Below the pieces are notes generated by a model, which had not been told where the DNA came from, ran no database searches, and worked only from the letters and a program-made list of their open reading frames with translations. A stretch of DNA of 64,000 nucleotides from Omnitrophica bacterium GWA2_41_15 (GTDB lineage Bacteria > Omnitrophota > Gorgyraeia > Gygaellales > UBA12090). Within the stretch, counting starts at the first letter, position 1, and the number at the start of each line of letters is the position of its first letter. This document shows positions 53,498 to 61,750 of this stretch, piece by piece. Position numbers and translations under genes: made by a program. The stretch spans positions 16,178 through 80,177 of the forward strand of contig CAKKRH010000012.1 of NCBI GenBank assembly GCA_919902675.1, read 5' to 3'.

Positions 53498-56149
53498 GGC
53501 GCTAAGTTCCAGAACCCTTTCTCTTAAACCAACCGCGATTGCCTCGTATTCATCTCCGTCTGTTTTTTTCGCCCCCGCTTCTTTCAGCTCTTCCCGGGCG
53601 CAAGGCTTCCCAAAGATAATTTTAATTGGATGCGGCCTGGGAAAGGTTTTTCCCCTGGGCCAGCTATGATGTGAACCCTGGATATAACAGGGAACCACCA
53701 GGGCGGAAGTTTCCTTGATTAAAATCCCAGCGCCTTTTTTAAAAGGTTTAAGCTGATCGTCTATGGAGCGCTCGCCCTCAGGAAATACGCACAGGGATTT
53801 GTTATTACGCAAGACATAAGAAGACGCCTGCATCGCCTCGGTAAGGTTAAGGGCCGGATCAACGGCGATTAACCGGGCGATTTTTACCGCCCACTTCACC
53901 AGGGGGTGTTGGAAATACACGCTATAGCCTAAGAAAAATAGATTTAACTCCCGCTTCATCCCCACGCTTGAGGCCGCCACAAAGCCGTCCAAGTAACTGG
54001 CGTGGTTAGGGCAGAGGATGAAGGGTTTATCCCGGGGTAAATTCTCCCTGCCCTTTATTTCCAGCCGCCAAAATATTTTTAAGACTAAAAGTGTTAAATT
54101 AAGCAGGAGGAAGGAAATTATCTTATCCGTGATACCGGGATGAAGATTGATTTTATCAAGGATTTCTTGTTTCGGTTCTTTTTGGATAATCTGGCTCCAG
54201 ACCGGCTGAATACTAGGCTTAAGCTTTTCCTGGCCGGTATTTAAAAGAGAACCTATTTTGGCGATTAACTCTTTCACGGTGAAGATTTCCGAGAAATCCG
54301 CGTCCGGTATATTGATATTGAATCTTTTTTCAAGAGCGATGGCCAGCTCCACCCGGATTAAGGAATCAATCCCTAAATCCAGCTCTAAATGATCATTGAG
54401 GCTAACTTTAGTTTTTAACTGTTGAGAGAGGAATTTTATGATTTCCTCCGCTAACGGCTCCAGGGGGATATTTTCCTTTGCCAAAGCAGCCTCTTTTTTG
54501 AGTTGGTTTGTTTCGGATTCGCCAGCTCCGGACAGAGGTAAATATCCGGCCTTGATTTCGTATCTTTTCAGCTTACCCAAACGGGTCTTAGGCAATTCTT
54601 CCTTGGCGATCGTGAAACCCATAATCCGTTTATAAGAAGGAAGCTCTTTGGAGAGGTTTTCTAAAATCCAACGGATCTTACCTTGGATATTTATCTCCCG
54701 GGTTTTACGGAAATAATCAACATTGGGAAATACTACCGCGTATAAAGAAGACAGGCCGGTGGAGGTTGTTTCTAAAACACAAATCTCTTTGATGTAGGGG
54801 CTTTTCAGGTAATGGTTTTCGATTTCCTCAGGATAGATATTTTTACCGCTGGATAGAACAATTATTTCTTTGGAGCGTCCGGTAAGATGGAGGTATCCCT
54901 TTTTATCAATAAAACCTAAGTCCCCGGAATAAAACCACCCCTCTTTTAAAACCTCAAGTGTCTCTTTGGGTTTTTTATAATAGCCTTTCATTACGTTGGG
55001 GCCCTGGATGAGGACCTCGCCGACGTTTTCGTTGTTGGGGTTATTTATTTTTATTTTTACCTCAGGTATAGGCGGCCCTACCGAGCCGATCCGGACCCGC
55101 TTTAGGGGATTGAAGGTAACTACGGGCGAGGTTTCAGTCAGGCCGTAGCCTTCTAAAATAGTAAAGCCCAGCAGGGTTAAACCGCGTCCGACCTTGGGGT
55201 CTAAACGCGCTCCCCCAGAGGCAAAAAAGCGCAAAGATGATCCGAATCTTTGATGCAGTTTTCTAAGCAGGATTTTATTGAGGTTCAGGCGCAGGGCCTT
55301 ACGTGCCAGATTTCCGGCTTTAAGGACAGGCAGTAAAATTAAAGGGTTAGGGATTTTTTCAAAAATAGCCTTATGCAGGAGGTGATAGAGCTGGGGCACT
55401 CCCACTAAAATAGTGGCATTAGTTTCTTCCAGGCACTTAAGCAGGTCTTCGGACTTCAGGCTGTTTAAAAAGGTTATTTTTGAACCTGTAAAAAGCGGGG
55501 TAAGCAGGGTAACCATGAAGGGATAAGAATGATGCAGGGGAAGCAGGGCGATAATATTGTCCCGGGGCAGGATTATTTTAAGCCTAAAGATACTCTCAAA
55601 ATTAGAAGAGAAGTTTTTGTGGGTAAGCATCACTCCTTTAGGAGAAGCGGTGGTGCCGGAGGTATAAAGGAGAGAGGCGATGTCGCCGGGATTATTTTCA
55701 ACCGATATTTCTTTAGGCTCTATAATATCTATTTCCTTAAAGGGATAAAGAAGCGCGCATTTAAAAGAAAGTATATTTTTTAACCGGGGCTCAAGCGGTT
55801 CATAAAGTTCGCTTGAGCTAAAGAGTATCCTGGCCCCGGAATCCCGGATGATATTATTGACTTCGTAGGGGGTAAGTTTGGGGTCTATGGGCACCGCGGT
55901 TGCGCCGGCGGCCATAATTCCAAAGTATATCGCCGGCCATAGGTGCGAATTTTCCAGAAGTATGGCCGCGCGTTCGCCTTTAGCCAGGCCTTCCTGCTTC
56001 AAGAAGTGAGCGAATTTTAAGCTCAACTCGTAAAGCCGGGCGTAGGTAAAGGTTTGATAAGTATTACCTTCCTTTATTTGACAGGCAATAGCATTGGGAT
56101 AAGCTTTAACCGATTTTTGAAACCGAAGGAACAGGCAATATTTCTCCAT
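53489..56149 (-). CDS. Tri-domain acyl-AMP ligase - acyl carrier domain - lysophospholipid acyltransferase (Aas-like, permuted)
   Basis: AMP-binding motif LLYTSGTTASPKGVMLTHKN. Phosphopantetheine site LGIDSL. PlsC motifs NHASYLD and FPEGERS. 886 aa. Confidence 0.8.
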   Translation of the reverse strand: MEKYCLFLRFQKSVKAYPNAIACQIKEGNTYQTFTYARLYELSLKFAHFLKQEGLAKGERAAILLENSHLWPAIYFGIMAAGATAVPIDPKLTPYEVNNIIRDSGARILFSSSELYEPLEPRLKNILSFKCALLYPFKEIDIIEPKEISVENNPGDIASLLYTSGTTASPKGVMLTHKNFSSNFESIFRLKIILPRDNIIALLPLHHSYPFMVTLLTPLFTGSKITFLNSLKSEDLLKCLEETNATILVGVPQLYHLLHKAIFEKIPNPLILLPVLKAGNLARKALRLNLNKILLRKLHQRFGSSLRFFASGGARLDPKVGRGLTLLGFTILEGYGLTETSPVVTFNPLKRVRIGSVGPPIPEVKIKINNPNNENVGEVLIQGPNVMKGYYKKPKETLEVLKEGWFYSGDLGFIDKKGYLHLTGRSKEIIVLSSGKNIYPEEIENHYLKSPYIKEICVLETTSTGLSSLYAVVFPNVDYFRKTREINIQGKIRWILENLSKELPSYKRIMGFTIAKEELPKTRLGKLKRYEIKAGYLPLSGAGESETNQLKKEAALAKENIPLEPLAEEIIKFLSQQLKTKVSLNDHLELDLGIDSLIRVELAIALEKRFNINIPDADFSEIFTVKELIAKIGSLLNTGQEKLKPSIQPVWSQIIQKEPKQEILDKINLHPGITDKIISFLLLNLTLLVLKIFWRLEIKGRENLPRDKPFILCPNHASYLDGFVAASSVGMKRELNLFFLGYSVYFQHPLVKWAVKIARLIAVDPALNLTEAMQASSYVLRNNKSLCVFPEGERSIDDQLKPFKKGAGILIKETSALVVPCYIQGSHHSWPRGKTFPRPHPIKIIFGKPCAREELKEAGAKKTDGDEYEAIAVGLRERVLELSALA

Positions 56150-56203
56150 AAGGTTTATTATACTTAAGTTTTAGTGGTAAGCCAAGGGAATTAAGATATA
56201 ATA

Positions 56204-56240
56204 AATAAAGTTAAAAGTAAAAAGGCAAAATTAAAAAAGG
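56204..56240. repeat. Heptamer array (AAAAGTN family) in the divergent region upstream of era
   Basis: AAAGTTA AAAGTAA AAAGGCA AAATTAA AAAAGG. The 21-mer GTTAAAAGTAAAAAGGCAAAA (56210-56230) is identical to 20686-20706 and differs by 1 nt from 22359-22379. Confidence 0.85.
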
Positions 56241-56248
56241 AAATTTAT

Positions 56249-57166
56249 ATGGTTGAAAAACATTGTGGCATCGCGGCGATTGTCGGCCGGACCAATACGG
56301 GGAAATCGACATTGCTTAACGCCCTCCTGGGCCAAAAGGTTTCTATTGTCTCAAGAATTCCCCAAACCACCCGTAATATCATTCGCGGGATCCTGACCGA
56401 AGAGAGGGGACAAATTGTCTTTGTGGATACCCCGGGCCTGCATAAGCCCAAGCACCATTTGGGAAAATATATGAATATCCTGGCTGAGGACTCGGCCAAG
56501 GGCGCGGATGTGGTTTTACATTTGGTGGATTCATCGGAAAATGTGGGTGAAGAAGAGACGATGATTGTGAGTTTTTTAAGCCGGCAAATATTGGGAAAGC
56601 TTCCTATAATCCTGGTTTTAAACAAGATAGATTTAGGGGGGAAATTTATTTCGGAATACCTGAAGCTCTGGGAGGAAAAAGGCGGGAAGCCCATTAATGA
56701 ACTCCTTGACAAACTAATCGTTGTTCCGGTTTCCGCCTTAAAGGGAACAAGCTTAGATAAGCTTTTAGAGGTTTTGTTCTCGTATATGCCTAAGGGGCCG
56801 CTGTTGTATCCTGAGGATATAATTTCGGATTTTCCGGATAATCTGGCTTACGCCGATATAATTCGTCAAAAGCTTTTTGAACGTATGCGCCAGGAGATCC
56901 CTTATTCTATCGGAGTGTTGATTGATGAGGTTATAAAACGGACAAAAGAGTTAATTTTTATAAAAGCCGTGATTCTGGTGGAAAGAGATTCTCAGAAGGC
57001 AATGGTGATCGGAGATAAAGGCAGGCTTATAAAAGAGGTAGGCAGTGCCTCTCGCAAGGAATTGGAAGGAATGCTGGACAAAAAGGTTTACCTGGAGCTG
57101 ACTGTCAAGACTAATCCCAATTGGCGCGAAGATAAGGAAATCCTTACCCGGATGGGGATTATTTAG
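56249..57166 (+). CDS. era: GTPase Era
   Basis: G1 motif GRTNTGKST, G3 motif DTPG, G4 motif NKID, and a C-terminal KH domain. 305 aa. Confidence 0.95.
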   Translation: MVEKHCGIAAIVGRTNTGKSTLLNALLGQKVSIVSRIPQTTRNIIRGILTEERGQIVFVDTPGLHKPKHHLGKYMNILAEDSAKGADVVLHLVDSSENVGEEETMIVSFLSRQILGKLPIILVLNKIDLGGKFISEYLKLWEEKGGKPINELLDKLIVVPVSALKGTSLDKLLEVLFSYMPKGPLLYPEDIISDFPDNLAYADIIRQKLFERMRQEIPYSIGVLIDEVIKRTKELIFIKAVILVERDSQKAMVIGDKGRLIKEVGSASRKELEGMLDKKVYLELTVKTNPNWREDKEILTRMGII

Positions 57167-57347
57167 TATTTGCGAATACCGGAACCCGGATAGGAAAATT
57201 AGAAATTTGCGTGGTAATTATCCCGGATTATTCTGATGATAAAGCGAGATTTCATAGCGTAACTTATTGCAGAGACTAAAGATAAGATTATGGCAAATAT
57301 AGTTTTTTATTAAAAGAAAGCGTTTTCAAAAAAAGCTGTTTTTGCCC

Positions 57348-57376
57348 TTGAAAATTAATAAGACATAGTGTATACT
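57348..57376 (+). promoter_or_regulatory. Putative sigma70-type promoter for the pilus-like locus
   Basis: TTGAAA (57348-57353), 17-nt spacer, TATACT (57371-57376). It lies about 285 nt upstream of the ATG at 57662. Confidence 0.5.
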
Positions 57377-57499
57377 TAAACTAAGATTTGAAAAGCAGTC
57401 AAATCTTTTTAATGATTCGTTCTTTCACACTTTTAAAAAGTATAGATTACCTTAACGAAAAGGCAATCCTCCTTTTTTCTGACCTATCTAAATAGGAAT

Positions 57500-57612
57500 A
57501 GAAGCAAAGCAGGGGCGCAAATCCGGAGGTTCTTAGCTTATAATATTAAGAATAGCCTGGCTGCCGAAAAAGGTGCACTAACTCCGGGCATTCAACAGCC
57601 GGATTTAGATAG
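57500..57612 (+). promoter_or_regulatory. Structured 5' leader with mutually exclusive CCGG helices (riboswitch/attenuator candidate, class unknown)
   Basis: AAATCCGG (57519-57526) can pair with CCGGATTT (57599-57606). CCGGAG (57523-57528) can pair with CTCCGG (57582-57587). TCCGG (57583-57587) can pair with CCGGA (57599-57603). The inner hairpin is TTCTTA/TAAGAA. Confidence 0.3.
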
Positions 57613-57661
57613 ATCTAGAGAAACCAAAAGGTCAGGGTCAAGAAACAAAAGGAGGAGCAAG

Positions 57662-58258
57662 ATGAAAAAGGGAATTTTTGTAGCAGTGATGAGTTTAATA
57701 GCGGTGGGGGCCATAGTAGTGAACGCAGAGGCGACCAGTGTTACAGTATACAATGGCAGCGGCACGGCAATTAGTGATGGCAGCGCGACAGGAGAAAGAA
57801 CTGGCCAGGCCAACATTATCGGAGCAGGATCTCAACAGCTTACTGTAACAGCAAAACTTACTAACAGTTTAAACGTGGCAATAGACGGTAGTTACTTTGG
57901 GTATGCTATTAATAAAGCCGGCACCTATCAGGCCCCGGCTTTTGGTGTAACCCCTAAAAGTTCTTCAGCAAACAATGTTACGATGGTAATTAAGGGTTCA
58001 AAATTAAAAAGCGGCAGTAAAGAATTAGACACTTCATATGGTGTTGGAGATGTAAATAATGATACCCAGCCGCCAGGAACGTACGATTCGGTAACTAAAA
58101 ATACTTCCATTACTAAGTCATTGACCCCTAGTAGTGACGGAAGCAAAAAGTATTATATTTGGAATAAAATCACTGTGAAGTCCGGTGATATCCCTTCTGT
58201 AGACACAGAAAACTATACTGATACCGCCGTAACTGTCACTATATCGCAAAGCACTTAA
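57662..58258 (+). CDS. Secreted Thr/Ser/Gly-rich beta protein, SCPU/Csu-type pilin-like (tentative)
   Basis: Signal peptide ending VNAEA and strong RBS AAAGGAGGAG. The C-terminal YTDTAVTVTISQ resembles the G-x-Y-T-D-T-V-T-V-T ending of SCPU-domain subunits. It has its own terminator. 198 aa. Confidence 0.45.
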   Translation: MKKGIFVAVMSLIAVGAIVVNAEATSVTVYNGSGTAISDGSATGERTGQANIIGAGSQQLTVTAKLTNSLNVAIDGSYFGYAINKAGTYQAPAFGVTPKSSSANNVTMVIKGSKLKSGSKELDTSYGVGDVNNDTQPPGTYDSVTKNTSITKSLTPSSDGSKKYYIWNKITVKSGDIPSVDTENYTDTAVTVTISQST

Positions 58259-58282
58259 GGGTTAAGGCGTCAAGCAAAATAA

Positions 58283-58312
58283 AAAAGGCTGCTTTAAAAG
58301 CGGCCTTTTTTA
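58283..58312 (+). terminator. Intrinsic terminator after the putative subunit gene
   Basis: AAGGCTGC / GCGGCCTT stem (one G-U pair) with loop TTTAAAA, followed by TTTTTT. Confidence 0.7.
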
Positions 58313-58341
58313 TTGACTTCATCTTTTACGAATGATATGAT
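58313..58341 (+). promoter_or_regulatory. Putative sigma70-type promoter for the two downstream genes
   Basis: TTGACT (58313-58318), 17-nt spacer, TATGAT (58336-58341). Confidence 0.55.
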
Positions 58342-58412
58342 TATAAATAGTCGTAGAATTAGATAATTATAACGCAAGGTTACTAGCCCACTGGGTATAC
58401 GCAATTGATAGT

Positions 58413-59633
58413 ATGCTGATTATCAAATTTCTTCTTTCTCTGACAGTATTATTTTTATCACGTAATTCTTTATGCCTAGCTCAGGGGACATTCGGAGTTA
58501 CGCCTGCTGTAATTGAATTGAGTTTGGGCAGGGGCGGAACAAAGATTTTTTCCTTTGAAATTTCTAATAATAGCAAAGAAAGTCCTGCCGAGTTTAAGAT
58601 ATACGCAATGGATTTGGAGGCGGATAGGGAGGGAAATTCGGATTTTCTGGAAATCGGTGAGTCTAAATATTCCTGTAGCAGATGGATTCAGGTTGAGCCC
58701 AATAAAATAGTTATAGCCCCGGGCCAGAGTAAAAATATTACCGGTAAATTGATTGCGCCGGCTTCCGCTTCCTCCGGAGGATATTATAGCGCGGTTATCT
58801 GTGAGCTAATAACTGAAAAACCCAAAGTTAATAAGGGAACATTAGTAACTTGGCGCATTGCCACTTTAGTAAGGGTAAGCGTATTGGGCGGCAAGATCGA
58901 AAAAGAAGCAGAGGCGCAAGATTTTTACTTACGAACTCTATTCGAAAAAGAAGAGGATGGGGAGCAGGGTTTAACTTTCTTTGTCAGCCTGCGTAATCAG
59001 GGGAATATTCATATAAAAGCTGAAGGGAAATTAACAGTGCTGACCCAAGACAGGAAAAGGAGAGGAGAGGTTGATTTTAAGGCCGGCACAGGCGTAATTC
59101 TTCCTGGTCATATCCGGGATTTTACGGCAGCTTACGATAAGTTTTTGTCGGAAGGAGAATATATCGCCAGGGCGGTTTTCCGATACGGAGGAATGAATTC
59201 CATAGAGAAAGAAATACCATTTTTAGTAACAGCTGGTAAACAGAACAGCGATAAAGCCGCAGAAGGAAACGCGGTAGCAGTGTCTTCTTTGAGGCTTATT
59301 CCTGAGAAAATAGTCCTTAAGATCCCTGCCGGAGGATTTCGTACCGCTGGCTTCACTATTCAGAATCAAAGGATAAACAATTTGCGCGCTCAGGTGTCTT
59401 TAGATAAAGAGGGAGGAATCGAGAATTGGTTTAATATTAAGCCTTTAGAGGTTACCGTAGACGGCGGCAAGGAAGCTAAATTTTTATTGCAGGTTAATAT
59501 TCCCCAGGGAGCCAAAGAAGGCAAATATACCACCAAGATTAATATTATTCCTCATTTAATAAGCGGCCCCGGACAGGGCGAAGAGCCAGAACCTCAAAGC
59601 ATAGAGGTAAGCCTTGAAATACCCAGCTTTTAA
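58413..59633 (+). CDS. Periplasmic/secreted protein with several predicted Ig-like beta-sandwich modules (possible assembly chaperone)
   Basis: Signal peptide ending CLAQG. Repeated modules of the type V.P..I.L....G..K.F.F.I.N.S (aa ~28-150 and ~290-400). 406 aa. No family confidently recognised. Confidence 0.5.
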   Translation: MLIIKFLLSLTVLFLSRNSLCLAQGTFGVTPAVIELSLGRGGTKIFSFEISNNSKESPAEFKIYAMDLEADREGNSDFLEIGESKYSCSRWIQVEPNKIVIAPGQSKNITGKLIAPASASSGGYYSAVICELITEKPKVNKGTLVTWRIATLVRVSVLGGKIEKEAEAQDFYLRTLFEKEEDGEQGLTFFVSLRNQGNIHIKAEGKLTVLTQDRKRRGEVDFKAGTGVILPGHIRDFTAAYDKFLSEGEYIARAVFRYGGMNSIEKEIPFLVTAGKQNSDKAAEGNAVAVSSLRLIPEKIVLKIPAGGFRTAGFTIQNQRINNLRAQVSLDKEGGIENWFNIKPLEVTVDGGKEAKFLLQVNIPQGAKEGKYTTKINIIPHLISGPGQGEEPEPQSIEVSLEIPSF

Positions 59634-61266
59634 CAGTTACAGAGGCAGTGCGTATCTTTGTTTTATTTTTTTTCTTATATTTATTCCGGTAGCAGTTTCG
59701 GCAGAGGAAAAGAATATCCCGGAATTTGCGGACGAAGAAGAGGTTTTAGTAACTAACTCCTTTTTTGAAACCGATATTCGGGAGGTGCTTAGGGATATTT
59801 CGGCCCAGACCGGCATCAAAATTGTAGCTGATGAAACTGTTCAGGGAAGCATATCTATAGAATTAAAAGCAATTCCTCTTGAGGAGGCATTGCGAATGGT
59901 GTTAGCTATAGGCAATTATATTTTTCGCAAGATGCCAGAAGGGTATTATTTAGTTGGTTTGTGCACACCTAGCAGTCCTTCCTTTAACCGCCTTTCAGTA
60001 ACTGAATATTTCAAGCCCAGCTATCGTAAGGTTACAGAGCTGCAAAGCCTTTTCTCGGAATTTTACCAGCCATATCTTAAGGTGAACGATGACGCTAATA
60101 ATATAACTATTACCGCTTCGCCGGAAATAGTTAAACGCGTCAAAGAAGATTTGATCCATCTTGATCTTCCGCCGGTACAGGTGATGATCGAGGCGCTGGT
60201 GGTAGAACTAAACGAGGAAGGCAAAAAATCCCTCGGGGTTACTTGGGGTTCAATGCTTGACGGCGGATTCTCGGTGTATCCTCCCTCTTCTAGTTTTGAG
60301 TATACCCGCAGTACTGCCGGACAAGGAAGCTGGGAGATGTCCGGAGCTTTAAGCAGCGATCTCTTTTTACGGGTCAATACCTTGGTTTCGCAGGGCCAGG
60401 CCAAAATCAGGGCTAATCCCAGGCTGGCCACTCTGGAGGGAAAAGAGGCTGAGATAAATATCGGTAGGGAAGAGTATTATCTGATCAGCGTGGGTTCAGG
60501 CTCGCAGGTAAGCTATACCCTGCAATCTATCGCTACCGGTGTAGTTTTAAAGATCACTCCTTATGTGGATAAGAATAATCAAATCCGGGTCAATTTTTCT
60601 CCTCAGGTAAGTGAAGTTGTGGGTAAGGGCGCAACAAATCTTCCGGTAATCACCAAGCGCACCGTTAGCACATCGGTGAGGGTTGAAGACGGACAAACTA
60701 TCGCTATCGGAGGTCTGGTTCAGGAGCAGTCCGGAGAAACCGTAAGCAAGGTTCCGATAATGGGCTCTTTGCCGCTGGTGGGAACGCTTTTCCGCCATAA
60801 GAAAACCACCTCCGAGAATAAAGAAGTGGTTATTTTTATTACCCCGCGTATTCTCCGCGATACTGTAAAATCGAAACCGCCGGCAGATTCTCTTGTGTCC
60901 GATAATGATATTTCAAAAACCAAAATCGGCCGGATAATATCCGCGCCTGACAAGGCCAAAGACAAAAATGAGAATGAGCCTCTAAAAAGATATTATGAGA
61001 GAATAAGCCGGATTATCGACGGCCATAAACGGTTTCCGGATTTAGGAGAATTAAAACGCGGAGGCCTTCGTGAGGTAACTTTGAAGTTTACCGTGTTTTC
61101 CGGAGGCCTGATCGATAATGTCGAAGTTTTGAAGAGCTCGGGGGTGCCGTTCTTAGACTTACTTGCCTCTAAAATGATAGAAGATATTTCCTCTTTCCCG
61201 CCTTTTTCCGCTGAGATGAAGCAGTCTTACATAACCTTCGTAGTTCCGGTCAAATACCAGCCGTAA
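59614..61266 (+). CDS. Secretin (STN/N0 + secretin_N + secretin domains) with a C-terminal TonB_C/TolA-like domain
   Basis: The N0/STN-like region is DIREVLRDISAQTGIKIVADETVQG..LEEALRMVL. The secretin core ends VPIMGSLPLVGTLFRHKKTTSENKEVVIFITPRIL. The last ~90 aa (LREVTLKFTVFSGGLIDNVEVLKSSGVPFLD...) resemble TonB_C. TTG start with GAGGT RBS. Confidence 0.75.
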   Translation: MKYPAFNSYRGSAYLCFIFFLIFIPVAVSAEEKNIPEFADEEEVLVTNSFFETDIREVLRDISAQTGIKIVADETVQGSISIELKAIPLEEALRMVLAIGNYIFRKMPEGYYLVGLCTPSSPSFNRLSVTEYFKPSYRKVTELQSLFSEFYQPYLKVNDDANNITITASPEIVKRVKEDLIHLDLPPVQVMIEALVVELNEEGKKSLGVTWGSMLDGGFSVYPPSSSFEYTRSTAGQGSWEMSGALSSDLFLRVNTLVSQGQAKIRANPRLATLEGKEAEINIGREEYYLISVGSGSQVSYTLQSIATGVVLKITPYVDKNNQIRVNFSPQVSEVVGKGATNLPVITKRTVSTSVRVEDGQTIAIGGLVQEQSGETVSKVPIMGSLPLVGTLFRHKKTTSENKEVVIFITPRILRDTVKSKPPADSLVSDNDISKTKIGRIISAPDKAKDKNENEPLKRYYERISRIIDGHKRFPDLGELKRGGLREVTLKFTVFSGGLIDNVEVLKSSGVPFLDLLASKMIEDISSFPPFSAEMKQSYITFVVPVKYQP

Positions 61267-61324
61267 TAATTGACCCCTTTTGTTTTGGCTTGCAATATTA
61301 CCGGATTATATTAAAATATGTTTT

Positions 61325-61714
61325 ATGGATGTTCGTGTCTATTACGAAGATACCGATTGCGGCGGGATTGTTTATTACGCCAATTACCTTAAATATTTTG
61401 AGAGGGGCCGCACCGAATACCTGGAATCCAGGGGCATATTCGTCAAGGAATGCCTGGCCAAAGGTTTCTCCTTTGTGGTGGCTCGTCAGGAAGTTGATTA
61501 TAAGGCTCCGGCTCGCTACGGGGATATTTTGAATGTCGAAACCAGGGTTTCTGGGATTTCCAAGGCCAGCTTTACCTTTGAATACGCGGTAAATAATAAA
61601 AATACCGATCAGCTTATCGCTACAGGTTCAACCGTCATGGTGTGCGTGGATAAAGATATCCAGCCTATAGGAATTCCCTTGGAATTCAAGGAGCGGTTGT
61701 CCGCTAAAGCGTAA
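61325..61714 (+). CDS. YbgC/4HBT-family acyl-CoA thioesterase
   Basis: MDVRVYYEDTDCGGIVYYANYLKYFERGRTEYL is the hotdog-fold YbgC signature. The ATG at 61325 is preferred over the upstream alternative start. Confidence 0.85.
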   Translation: MDVRVYYEDTDCGGIVYYANYLKYFERGRTEYLESRGIFVKECLAKGFSFVVARQEVDYKAPARYGDILNVETRVSGISKASFTFEYAVNNKNTDQLIATGSTVMVCVDKDIQPIGIPLEFKERLSAKA

Positions 61715-61750
61715 TTTTGATAGTTGAATTTTGATATTTTAATTTCTTCT

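Noticed and set aside
56245-56712. 155-aa minus-strand ORF antisense to era.
   Set aside because: The plus-strand frame has the complete Era G1-G4 motifs and a KH domain. The antisense frame has no supporting features.
61290-61532. 80-aa plus-strand ORF overlapping the thioesterase gene in another frame.
   Set aside because: The YbgC frame carries the hotdog-fold signature YYEDTDCGGIVYYANY. The alternative frame has no features.
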